The translations under genes were made by a program, and so were the position numbers. The notes beneath the pieces are model-generated. The model searched no databases. It was not told the origin of the DNA and saw only the letters and a program-made list of their open reading frames with translations. From positions 1,054,001 through 1,118,000 of the forward strand of contig NEEC01000004.1 of assembly GCA_002189035.1 (NCBI GenBank): a stretch of DNA of 64,000 nucleotides, in the 5' to 3' direction. Below, piece after piece: positions 13,292-25,470 of the stretch. This DNA is from Utricularia gibba (Eukaryota > Plantae > Magnoliophyta). How positions within the stretch are numbered: position 1 is the first letter of the stretch; the number at the start of each line of letters is the position of its first letter.

Positions 13292-14819
13292 TGCTGTAAA
13301 AGTAGAAAAGGCTGTCCCAGGTACCCAAGAGAGCTCTCAACTTCCTTGCTTCCTTCTATTGTAAGGCTGAGCAAAATCTCCACCCTTCAATCACATCTGT
13401 CTGCCTTGGAGCACATGCGCAATTGTTAAAGGGATGAAAAGGGGAAGAAAGAATAAGGACTTGCTCAAAACATCCATCCTGCTTTCAGTGACAATTACGA
13501 GCAGCAACGAGGCACTCGCGGCATTCTAAAAGAGTAGCCTCACTACCACCTTTGGCTTTTTCCACGATTTCCTTTCAATGGTCAAAAGCCATCATTAGAA
13601 TGACAATGATAGAAAATTCATAACCCACACTCTTCCCTAGAACCCCAGATCTCAGCTTCCTGTAAACGCCTCAAAAAGAAGTCAAGAGATCCGGAGGGGG
13701 AAAAAGACCTTCTTTTGACGAAAATGCAAAGGAAACACCCAAGACCCAGACCACAATTCCACAAGACGAGAAAGAAAAAAAGGGTATCCCAACCCCAACG
13801 CTCCGCCGCTTCTGCGAGAGAAGAAATGGGCTCCAACCAAGAGACCAAAGCAGTAACAAACACTCTATCCGTGTGTCGCTAATCCATTGGGAACCAGGGA
13901 AATAATTTCTGGAATTCAGAAATGGTCGGAAAATTGGGTTTCCGGGGATTCAAAACCAAAGAAAGCGAGAAAGGAAGAAGCTCGCTTTGACTGTCCGTCG
14001 TCCTTTTCCCGTGTGGGACTTTGACTGCTTTCCAGCGCCAGAGCCTTTGCTTCCACTTTCCACCAATCAATCGCCCAACCCAACCCAACCCAACAAAAAA
14101 CTAAACAAAACAAAATCCCTTTCCTAATCACTCTCGGGAGGATGATCCTTCTCCATCAATCACCCATTCGGACCCAAATCGACCAGTCAAAGTCAGTCAA
14201 AGACTCGAAATAAAGAGAAGAAAAGAAACGGAAAAAAACGACACCATGATTCAACGACAGCAGAGGTTGTGGTGCTGGATCTGCACCCAATCACAGGTTG
14301 CCACCTCAGCCTGTCGCATTCAATGAAATGGAGGATGCGCGCACGTGGGCTCCACCTCATTATTCAAAATCATATTTATCACCAATAAAAATATTCCAAA
14401 ATACTCATCACACGCCCCCTAAACCAACAAAATCAGCACATGCTCGACTCAAACCTTTTACCCAATCAAGCAAAGTAGCAATAATTGAGAGCATCCATCA
14501 CTCCTGCACCTGCACTCAAAAAGAAGTAATTATCCTTATTATTATTTTATTAAATATTTTATTTTTTCCAGCGAAAAAGAAAAGAATCTCGTGTTGGGCC
14601 GCCAGGCCCAGTTATTCTTTACTTTCGGACCGGGATACGTTGGAAAGCGAATTCCCCGCGGTCCGAACCGTGGGAGTCTTAAAATCTGAACCGCCGGATT
14701 GGGTGGCTTTATAGTGGGCCTGGGTATCTGTAATAGTTTTCATGGGCCCACATATCATCGAAGTATCCCGGGCAGCGATATTACAGTGCCTGGCCCACTT
14801 TTATGCTTGATCGGGAATT

Positions 14820-15330
14820 TTCTCAACTCCCCGGCGGCTTCAGACTTGAGCGAGGCCGTTCGCTTCCACTTCCTTCCGATGGGGATCGAGGGTTTGTTCG
14901 ACGAGGAAAATGTTCCCAGGTGTGGAACATAACAGAAGTCGAGGAGCTGCAAATGGGACGTGGAAGGAGGTGGACGGGTCCGAAAGATTTAGATCGCCTA
15001 AAACACGCTGTGAAACACTTTCAGAAGCCTTACTTAAATTTGGTTTAGTGGAGAACAACGAAAACTTATTGGTACAGGAAGTGCCCTGTGTAGCAGACTG
15101 GATGATCCGTTGCAGGAAGGTGCAGCAAAGGGGAGATTATCTAAACGAAGACTGAGAAACACACGGGGACCTGAAGTTGCAGATTATATCTATCTTCTTG
15201 AAGATGACTTCATATTGAGTGGTTGGGAGACTACATACGTTGCAAGACAAAACACTAGGTTTTCGACATGCATGCAGAAAGCATCCCTCTCTAATTAACT
15301 CAGAAAAGTCTGCATTGGATCATCTGTGTT
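14820..15330 (+). mobile_element. Probable degenerate LINE (L1-like) reverse transcriptase fragment
   Basis: Across three frames and in order: RGFVRRG (~SAFVPGR), KDLDR (~KIDMSK), LSEALLKFGLVEN (~FLEAVLRALGFP), RGPEVADYIYLLEDDFILSG (~NGPRISHLLFADDLLLF), QKAS...INSEKS (~EKASGLKINLEKS). Multiple frameshifts and stops. Alignment is by eye from memory. Confidence 0.5.
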
Positions 15331-16325
15331 CGTGGGTAAGAGTTTTTTTGGACGTTTTCAAGCCCTGCCCTCCTTCAACGAACACAGAGAATGGTAACCA
15401 TGGATACCAACACAAATGCGCGGGAATGGATGCTGAATTTTCTATCTCAATTCTCACCCTGCGTGACACCTTATTCCCTGTTCATGCAAAAAATTTTCTC
15501 TTCCCACCACACCATGATTTGAACAAGCGTTCGCAGGGTTAAGAATCTTGAATATTTTTTTTTCAAAAGAAAAGAAAAAAGATTTCCCAGTTTCAAAGAG
15601 TTTGGTGTCGGGTGATGTGAAGTGAGCCAGCCTTGAATCCCTCCTGCAGTCCCCAGACAGACAGACAATTAAGGAGCGTCCATTTCCGCGGGGTCCCAAT
15701 TCCAGCACTAAAAAACCACACAAAAAATTATTTCCCTGGCTTTTTTTAATATCAGTGAAGAAGTAATATTAAATTTCACCCACAGACCCGCCACGTGCAT
15801 GAGACCAGGATAGATTCCCTCCCTCCCTCGTTTCCAAAAAAAAAAAGAGAAAGTAAGCGGCGTGGGTGTGGGGGTGGAGTCCTGCATCAAGCAAGCCTCG
15901 TCACCTGTCCCTTTAAGACATTTATTGTCAGAATAGTGATTAAATTAAGGGAGGGAAGGTAACTGATCTGGAAGTGTGTGTGTTTTTGTCCTGCGTGGGG
16001 TGGAAGGGAGGTCAATGTTCATAAGTAACCGCGGTAAGTATTGAAGGAGATGATTCCGTATTTATTTGGAATTATTGGTGGGGGACAGGGATTGTCAACT
16101 TGGTACTTGAATCTTCCCAGGAGTTGCTGTCGCACGTGGGCCGTCGTCCCGATGGATTGCCGGTCAAGACAGGGCCTTGTCTCTTCCGACCCGACCCGCA
16201 CCGGACACTCTCGAGTTCCGCGGAGTTATCATTGAATCGGATTGGGCTGGATTGGATTGTCCGATCGACCGGAGGTGTGGATAGATGCGCATGTTCTACA
16301 ACAGCTGTTGATTGATTTACAGAGA

Positions 16326-16345
16326 GGGGGAGGGGAGGGGAGGGG
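16326..16345 (+). repeat. (GGGGA)n tract, canonical G-quadruplex motif just 3' of the RING gene stop
   Basis: GGGGG-A-GGGG-A-GGGG-A-GGGG read directly. Confidence 0.8.
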
Positions 16346-16382
16346 TTTCTGTTCTTTTTCCAATGAATTAGGAAGGAAGAAA

Positions 16383-17402
16383 TTAAGGGGATGTGTTGAC
16401 GTGTACTGTGACGCTCGCGGTGGAGTTACAGACGGGGCAGGAACGGAGTTGGTGGGTCCCACTTCCGCAGACGCTGCATAGGGAGAGATGCCGACAGGGC
16501 AGCAGAAGCACGCACGCTTCTCGCTCCCGGCAGCGCCTACAACGGCGGTTGCTCGAATCGGAAACGGAATCGCAATCTCCATCGCCGGCGCCACTGCTGC
16601 CGCAGACGGAAACGGCGTCGTCCTCCTCCTCGGCCGGTGCTCGGATGAATCGATTCCCGCCACCGACTTGAAGCAGGAGCTGTTCCAGATTCGTACGGAG
16701 AGAATTGGCCGTGGCCTCGTTGGTCTGCGCTAAATCCCGCCAGAGTTGATTTTCCGTGTACAGGGAAGTGACTCTCTCTTGGAGAACTTTATTCAATGTG
16801 CCGATCCTCTGGATCTGCTCATCCTTCTCCTTGAGCTTCCTCATCAACTCGCCCTCGATCGCCGTTTCCAGCAGCCGCAATTGCTGCCGCTGTCTCTCCT
16901 CTAGCCCTACCCTCATCCGCTTCGTCTACAAAACACAGACAGAACACAGAGCCTCCTAATCCTCAGATCACTTCAGCACGTCGTCCTTCACCACACTCAA
17001 TTTCCAATAAGAGAGATGTACGTACATGTTGCGCGATGACGGCGTCGATCTCCAACTGCGAAACCTGGATTTGCGACAAGACCTCATCGCCCAAAAACCC
17101 GAAACCACTCTTCATCTGCGGCGCCGCACTGAACAGCTCTTCCAACGAACCCACCGAAGGCTTCCTCTTCCCCGGAAACTCGTACCCCTCCGGCGCCCTA
17201 TTACAAATCACATCCCCATCATCGCCGCCTCCCCGTCGCCAAGAAACCGCATCTGGTGCGATGTACTGCACACACAATCCCAAATCATCCCCAATCTAAA
17301 CCGAAAAAAAAAACAATAAAATCAACGCAAGCTTTCAGATCATTCACCGCACCTTCCTCGTTGCTGGGTGATGAGATTGAACCGCCGCGCTTCGATCTCC
17401 AT
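16383..17402 (-). CDS. BOI/BRG (SBP-family) RING E3 ubiquitin ligase; 3 exons
   Basis: MEIEARRFNL start, coiled coil KLKEKDEQIQRIGTLNKVLQERVTSLYTENQLWRDLAQTNEATANSLRTNLEQLL, and IAP-type RING CRRCREREACVLLLPCRHLSLCSVC...CPVC. Exon 1 to exon 2 needs +1 base (GGG at 17366-17368). Confidence 0.9.
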
Positions 17403-17489
17403 CGGAATGAGGAGCCCGGGAGTAGCGAAGAGAAAGAGAGAGCGAGCAGAGGGGATTGGATTTTATCTATTTATTTAAATACAGAGCTC

Positions 17490-17512
17490 GGGGGAGGGGG
17501 AGGGGAAGGGGG
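17490..17512 (+). repeat. G-tract, canonical G-quadruplex motif in the RING gene core promoter
   Basis: GGGGG-A-GGGGG-A-GGGG-AA-GGGGG, next to a TATA-like TATTTAAAT at about 17470-17481. Confidence 0.8.
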
Positions 17513-19007
17513 TGGATATTGGGATCGGGAAAGTCAATCAATTAATTCTTGACAAATGAAAATAAAAATAAAATCCAAAATAAATGAAGATAAATAGACA
17601 GGCGTGCAGCTGGATGATATTGACCGTGGGATTCAGTAAATGCGGGAATAGGAATAGGGAGGAACACCAAATCTGGCCTCAATAAATCAATATTATACTA
17701 AATATTTCCGGCATTTTCCAAAACGGCCCCCCACCCAGTCAGCACATTTAAAACCCTATTCCCTCCCAAGTCCCCCCGTCGGCCCAGAGGGGCAAACTCG
17801 GGATTACACCACCTAGCCTTGAACCCGGCCCGCTCCACTACCCGGCGGGCCCCGCGCCCGTGCCCATGCCCTTCTTCCCACTTTTGTCTTGCCCGAACCG
17901 GGCCACCCCAAACAACACTCCACACTCCACAGTGACAACAATAATAATTTAAAAGAAATAAAATTAGGAGTAGATATTGTGTGTTATTATTATAATAATA
18001 ATATTTAGGTGGGTGGTGGGCCAGGCGCCCCAGTTGGGGGGAAACACAAGATAATAGAGAGATGTAATAATGAAGGAAGTCGGAGTTGGGGAGTCTAGCT
18101 AGCTAGAGCTAGGTAGCGGGTGTAATCCCTATTATGTAGACATAGGTGTAGCATATAATGTGTCATTACCCTTTTAAAATAGATATTGTGACGAATGAAT
18201 TATTGCTCCAAACTCTACCCTATGCTCCTTAGGACATGCCCTTCTTCCTCCTCTAAGGCAATCAAGCTCTGCAATAGTGAGAAAGAGAGAACAAATACCC
18301 TTGTTTAGGGTGTATTTGGTTCCAGCTACCTTAGAGCAGGATTTGGATACCATTTCATGGGGTGTATCATAAAAGTAGATGGTCATTGTATATGTAAACA
18401 ATTGATCATAATATATGATATAGAAAGTCAGAATGTCGATTTTCAAAGTGGCTCCCATTCCATGAAATGAGGTTCATAAAAACAATTTTTTTTGAATATA
18501 TAGTATGTAGTAAATGTCGATTTTAATTTTACCTTGTAAAACATATAAATAAAATATCAATGTATTTGATCGATTTATATATATATATATATTAGAAAAA
18601 ATGTAGTTTATGAAATATTAATGAATAACTAATTTTTTTTATTAGAAAAAATGGTACAAATGTATGATTAATCCATTAACTTATTTTGAATTTCTCTAAT
18701 TATAATTATATATGTCTGGTTATTTTATATTTAAAAATTATAAATATTATTATTTACAAATAATTTATAAAAAAACTGACTCTTGTTATATCTGATAAAT
18801 TAATTTATAATAGGACTGATTCCCTGGTATCTCAACATTTTTTTATTTGGAAAAAAAATAATGAATTAATTAATTAGTGGGAAAGAAGTAGATGCCCGCG
18901 ATGGGTGTAGCTAGCAATTGGTAAAAGAATACATGTGTATTGTCATCACGGTCGGCAAGAGCGGGCCCCACACACCACACTGGCTGGCTAGCTAGCTTTC
19001 CTTCTTC

Positions 19008-19033
19008 TTCTGCTTCTTCTTCTTCTTCTTCTT
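19008..19033 (+). repeat. (CTT/TTC)n microsatellite
   Basis: Interrupted run of TTC trinucleotides. Confidence 0.8.
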
Positions 19034-20596
19034 CATTCATTCCCTGGGTGGGCAGCAACGTAACTGGTAAACTGTTGAGGGGGAGTGTAGGGGGTTAATG
19101 ACGCTTCTGCCCCTGGTGGTCCACTCGCCTTAACCAAAATAGATGAGAGGGACGGTTCCCCGTTCCACCATTGAAAGTAAAGGCGATGGGCGATCATTTA
19201 AGATGAAAGATTCGATTCCCAAATATCTCTGTTGCGTAGAGTGCGTCGTGTGGGCAAGTAGGCAGTGCCCGGAGACGAGATGTGCGTAGCGACATGTTTT
19301 CAAACCCCCCCATCAATGCCGTCTACAAGACCAAACCAAAGGGAGATCGATCATAACCAGAGCGCCGGGAGTAAACACAGTAGCAGAAACCCACAACATG
19401 TATACTGATTCCCATTTACTGCTGCTCCTGTCCATCCCCATATGTCGATCACAATCTATGTTCAGTTTCATTGTTTGCTCCTTCTTCCCTCCCGGTCTGA
19501 GATGGGCTGCTTGCTTGCTCTGCGGTTACAGAACAAGAACATGGAGTCGGTCGGGTATCTGATCTGCTGTGGTGTACAGGGATGGGAAAGGGGGACAGGT
19601 GCATGGGCGGCTGTGAATTCATTAAGAGCAAGTACTCCTACTCCCAGTGCTACTCTGGGGATGGAGAAGGTTGTCAACGAGGCGTTAATGGGGTGAGTAG
19701 GCGTGTAGTGTGAGTTTGGTTGGGCGAGAAAATGTCGTCGCCGTGGGACAGTAGGAGATTCGTAGGATCCGTTTATTGAATTCGTAGCTGACATGGCATG
19801 GCAATGGCAATGGCATCTCCACTATAAAAAATAACAAATAACTTGTGCCTACTGCTCCGTTTCAATGGAGGAGGAGGAGTTGGATGCGTAGCTTGGACTG
19901 AGTTCCACTTTGAATTAATGAGTGCAGGCAGCACCGTCGTGTTCCGATACCCCCTCATTATACCAAATAATGGACATCCCCATAAAGGCCCAACCCGGCT
20001 TTATTGTGAGGTAACTAACTGGCCCTTTTCAGCTCCTACCCCCCTCCTCCTCCTTTTTGCTTCGATGGCGGACACTTCCGGTGAGAAGCTTTTTGGGGCA
20101 GACGGCGCCGCCGGTGGTGGACGTCTGGTCGGCAGTCGATGGGGAAACTATAGGTTTTATTATGATGGGCCTATATTTGGGCCGTCTGGATGTCAACATG
20201 GGCTTCGGTGGCGAACAAGAGCCCAGCATTTTGGAATTCAGATTTGGTTGAACGTTCACACAATCCCACGGTGAATCGGGAATTCGGAGAATGCCTGCTC
20301 CCGGATAATCAAGCCGCCGCGCCCTGCCGGACTGCATCTCGTTCAGGTGATTCTCTTGCCTGTCTGTGTTTGTAAATTAGTTGACCTCGGTTGCTCTGAA
20401 TTTTGATCGTGGAAGGCTGTCCGATGGCCGGCATGTTTGTCCGTTTACCCAGGGCGATGGTGGTTTCCCTTCGAATGGTCATGTTTCCCATTTCAAGAGC
20501 CAGAAGGTGGTACTACTAACCAACGCAGCCAAGCGGGTGGAAAAACTAGAATCAACATACAAGGAAACATCACGTACAAGGGGAGCGGATCAGAAT

Positions 20597-23500
20597 TCAT
20601 TTCCAGAGTTTGATGGTTTTGTCATGACTTGCAGAAGCAATAAGGCCAGCTGCTGTCGACACACTCAACGATGCAATCAACCCGTCATGCGCAGGGAGAG
20701 TCATCGTCTTGTTCTCCATCATGTTCCACAGCTCCAGTGACTGCGAATCCTTGCCTCAATATTGTTCGAATGCACATGTATTGATGACAATACACTTTCT
20801 ATGCTGCATGAAGAGAGAGCTGACCTGGAAGCAACCAATGACGAGCAACGATGAGTACGTGGGATGAAAAGCGCAAGAGTGGAACTTGTTGCCATTGCAC
20901 CGGAGTTCATGTAAGCATTCGCCTTCATCACTCCCATTTCTCATTGTCCACACTCTAACTGAATCCTCACTGACTGATGCTAGCAGCTCCCCCGTGGGAT
21001 CCCAGCAGACAGAGTGGATCAGTTTCGTATGACCCTACACACCACCAGCAAACATGGTCAGCTTCGATGCAGAGAAGAGCAACCATAAACCTCAGGGAGA
21101 AGGAAAAGTGACCTTTAAAGAGTGTCGACAAGCCTGTGTCTCGGCATCAAGTATCGACACAACATTCTCCGCTGCAACAGCAAGATATCTTCCGATCCTG
21201 GGCTGAAATCTGACTTGAGCAGTACCACCCTGGAAACCGAGTCACCAACATGGGAAAATGACATTGATACTGATGGGTATATTTTTTGTTTCACACTTTG
21301 TACCTTGAAAACTCTGGTGCAGCTCCCGTTGTTGATGCTCCAGTAACGAACCTCACCATCACCGTCACATGAGCAGATGAGATCCTCTTTGTTCGGGTGG
21401 AAGTCCACAGACATTACACTAGCAGCATGCCCTGTAAAGGTACGAAGAGAGTAGCTTGGCTGCTCCCAAACACACCCACAAGAGTAATAATCCATGAGAC
21501 TATTCATGAAAGCAAAGTTTAGTTGTCGCTACACAGCATTAGTTGACTAACGTTTTCAGCATCCCAGACACGGACAGTCTTGTCGAATGACGATGTGGCA
21601 AGGCGGGCCATGCTAGGACTGAAACGAAGGTCAGTAATAAGTGATGTGTGCTCCTCGAGGGTAGTCTTCGGTTTCAAGGTATCTGTATACCATAAAACGA
21701 CCTGCCAATATTACATCAACAGTGAGCTTTGTGAACCGAGCTGTGCAATGCATTGAACTGGAAAAATGTTGCTCCTCAAAGTCCTGGGATTCACCTTTTT
21801 GTCATGGCCGCCGCTGGCCAGCAACCTTCCATCTGAAGAAAAGTGGCAGCAGGCAACTTTGCTGCTACTTGCCCGGACGGAATTCACTTCAGTGAACGAG
21901 AACCCTGAATGGATGACAAAATCAAGGATATCGTTTGATGATGCACAATAGAAAAAATCAATCTTTGAGTTCATAGATTGCGGCAGGTAAAGAAAATACC
22001 TTTACTCACATCCATAGAACGAGCAGCTGCATCCCGAGGATCAGCATCATCATGTGATAGAAAAGATTCCACATTATCTTCAACATCATCTACAAATCTA
22101 TCCATTTCAGCTTCGGCAAGACTTTTCTCATCCCACTGTGAAAACAGACAGGGCGGTTAGCTACAAATTAGGATGCTCCAAAGAGACTAGGATGACAGTC
22201 AATGTGAATCTCACAGTTCTTTATATTTCAAGTACTATGTTTCATTTGCTGTCATTTTCATTAGCATAATCAAAGGCAAGTTGACAAGACTTTTTTTACC
22301 AATGGGTTTGATGGTGATGCAAGGGAACTGCTGTTATCAGCTCCAAACATCATCATTGGCTTCGAAGATGTGCCACTGTGTGGCAATGTGGGTACTGACA
22401 TCACGTCCCCTGCAGTGTGAGTTGATGGTGTTGATGGAGCAGAACTTGGAGATGGGCCAGCCGTATTTGCAGTTCCGGAGCTATTGGCAGCGCCAGAAGA
22501 TGATACAGGCTGTTTCCTCTTTCTCCCAGTCTGGCTTTTTGAAGCCTTGATTTTTTTTTTAAAGCACAGTTAATTTTTTTCCAGTCTGGTATTCTTGTAG
22601 CATGTCCATGTAATCTACTTCATGAAAATAACTTTAGACCTTAATCAAGTTAGGGGCGTACCTGATCATTCCCTCTGGTGGAATTTGGCATGCTGATATC
22701 TCCAGTAATGTTGCCAGAGCCCGAAAGCTTATCCTGTTGGAGATTGTGATTAGAGTTCTGCGGTTGCTGCTGAGAAGAGAGGGCATGCTGCTGAAGCTGC
22801 TGCTGCTGCAGCTGTTGTGTTTGACTGTTTTGTTGCATCTGCTGCTGTTGCTGCTGCAGTTGGGCAATCTTTAACTACCAGTCAAGGAAAAAACATGATG
22901 TTACAAAAAAAAGAAACAACTACACGCAAAATAAACTCAGGGGAGAATATTGAGTACCTTCATTAGCATCTCGGGATCTGCACGAGGCAGACCTGGGCAA
23001 CCGGGCTGTAAAGGGGATCCAATATTAGAAACAATGTCGCCAACTGAATTGGAGGACCCATCTTTCCCCATCGATAAACTTCGGTTATTCAGAAGCATCT
23101 TGAACCTTCTGCTCTCCAAATCATTGGCTGATGGGGATACTAGTCCCTGTTGTGCAAGCATGAGCTGCTGCTGGTGCTGAGGTGCCAACATCTGTATTTG
23201 ATGAAAAGGCTGAGCACCCTGCATAAATGACTTCGGTTGCTGGAGAAGCCCAGATCGCAGCTGATCCAGACCCTATACCACAAAGAATAACTTTTCAGGA
23301 TGTCAATAAAACCTGACATATTTATCTGGGTGTTTCTACATTTGAAGAAAAAAAACATATAGAGCCACAGCTTAAAAAGCACTATACTGGCAGGTTCAAG
23401 ACATTGATTAATATCATGAAATGACACTTACTGTTAAGGGCCATCCTTTCAATGTCAGATTATGACCACCAAGATTTGAACCTGCAGGGAACATAAAATT

Positions 23501-25470
23501 GTAAGCCACGTCCAGCAAACACTATGAAACGGATGAAAATGTACAATTTGCTCTGTGTTGACAATAACATGATTCTCAGTATACATACGAACTACTAAAT
23601 AGAAGCAGTAAAATAGTGGTGACTATACCGGGAATTCCAATTAATGATCCATCTGGCCCTGTGCCTCTTTGATTCATCATAGGATTAATATCAGGTTTAA
23701 TATCCTGGAAAGCATGTAGATAAACATGAAGCAAGTTCAAACACAATTTCCAAAACACACTGCGGAATAAACTAAAAGAACAGAATACAGACCGGTGTAG
23801 ATCCTGGGAATTGCTGACCTCGGGCCTGTATCTGAGGAGATATCCCACCAGCATTCCCATGCAACACTTGCCTACAACCAAAATTGAAAAAAAAAAGGAT
23901 TTAGGGAAAACACAAGGTATCAAACGCCCAATGAACGGAAAAACACCCTATCTTCTAAAACAAAAAAGGAAATACTATTAAAAAAAGATGGAACATGAGC
24001 AAACCCAGGTGTCTGCCCAGTTGCAGCAGCAGCTGATTTCATAATTGATGCATGATTTGGATCCATGAGTTGTCCGATGTTGTCACCAAATCTTTGCTGG
24101 AAGCAGATGACCAGATCTCAGACAATGCAAGAAAAATTCTGATTCAAAGAGAAAAGCTTATATGTTACCTTCAAAGCTTGATCATCCATGGGATCCCTTG
24201 GAACAGGCAGCTTAAGCTTTTCTTCGTACATTTTGGTTGCCATTGCATTTGCAGTTCCTGGATTCTGCCGCATGAGAGAATCATTTCCAACGATTCCATT
24301 TGCAGCACCATTCAAGAGGTGGCCACTGTCTTGCCGTTGTGGCTGATGTGTCTGCTGCTGTTGTTGCTGCCTTTGCTGTTGTTGAGACTGTTGTTGTTGT
24401 TGCTGCTGCTGTTGTTGTTGTTGTTGTTGCTGCTGCTGCTGCTGCTGAGCTTGCCTCTGCATTAAAATTTGTTGCATCTGAAGTTGCTGCTGCTGTTGGG
24501 AATGCTGAAATTGTGCAGGTTGTTGCTGCTGCTGTTGTTCCCTCGCCTTCATTAGCTGAGTCTGATCACGCAGCAAAGCAAATAAGTACAACAGAATTCA
24601 AACTAAGACATGGCCCCAGAATATGTACCCAGATGAAGAAGATAACCATAGGAATTAAAAAAAACAATTTTTGTGCAAGAGATCCATTTCCATGATAAAA
24701 TGACAGCATGATGCCTCCGGAAAATGAGTTACATTCAAAGATTAAAGAGAATGTCACCTCAATATATGAAGCAGCAACTTCAGAATGCTTTTCATTTGTC
24801 CGGGCGATGAATATATCCCAAAACACTGACCACCACTCAAACAGAAAGCCACCAGGTGCATCGATAGCTGAAGCATACAAAATCAATCAATCAATTGAAA
24901 AAAAAAACATTAATACAGCAAACCAAATTTCTATTTGTTCCCTAGCTTTGCAAAGTTTAAGTTTCCAGAGACACACCAACGGGGTCAGACGATACTTTTC
25001 CTTCAGCTTGAAAAGCCTGAGCAGTGGCCTTCAAATCTCTCTTGACTAAATAATCGTGAATGTACACATCCAACCTAGTGAAAGTTACGCATTAGTACAA
25101 GGAAAGAAAAAAAGTCCCAACTGTAACAGAGAAACAGAGCCTCATCCCAAGCAACTGCCACAGTAAATAGAAACACCGATAACCCTGTAACCTTGTGAAA
25201 CACCTTTCCCGTAAATAGAAAGAATGAAAAGGAAGAGTAATCTTGTTTTTTTTTGTCCAAGCGGCTCTCAGGGTGCTAACTACCCAAAATCGACCAAAAA
25301 CCTAGTAATACAAGGCTACCATAAATGCCAATTTCCACTTAAAAAAAGGCCAGTCCCAAGTATACACATGGAAAGAACAAAGAAAGCTTTTTTTTCCAAA
25401 ACGGAAAGAAAAGCTACTCAAAAACAAAGTAAGCTTACATTTTGTCCGCTTCCCAGTTGGTCTGAGACAT
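20597..25470 (-). CDS. LUG: Groucho/Tup1-like transcriptional corepressor LEUNIG (LUFS, Q-rich and WD40 domains)
   Basis: [80 protein letters not shown], poly[21 protein letters not shown]40 repeats, end [13 protein letters not shown]. Confidence 0.96.
24330..24540 (-). repeat. CAG/CAA polyglutamine coding repeat in LEUNIG
   Basis: Long TGC/TGT-rich tract on + encodes QQQQ runs on - (longest run about 19 Q). Q-rich domains are typical of LUG. Confidence 0.9.

Noticed and set aside
18308-18322. GGGTGTATTTGGTT resembling a Tourist/Harbinger MITE terminal repeat
   Set aside because: No matching inverted partner or TSD at a plausible distance.
19500-19720. Cys/Gly-rich short frame on + and a copia RNaseH-like TADQI on -
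   Set aside because: Isolated short matches without supporting motifs; consistent with chance.
24052-24695. Plus-strand poly-Leu and poly-Val/Ala ORFs in the track
   Set aside because: Antisense shadows of the LEUNIG polyglutamine exon.
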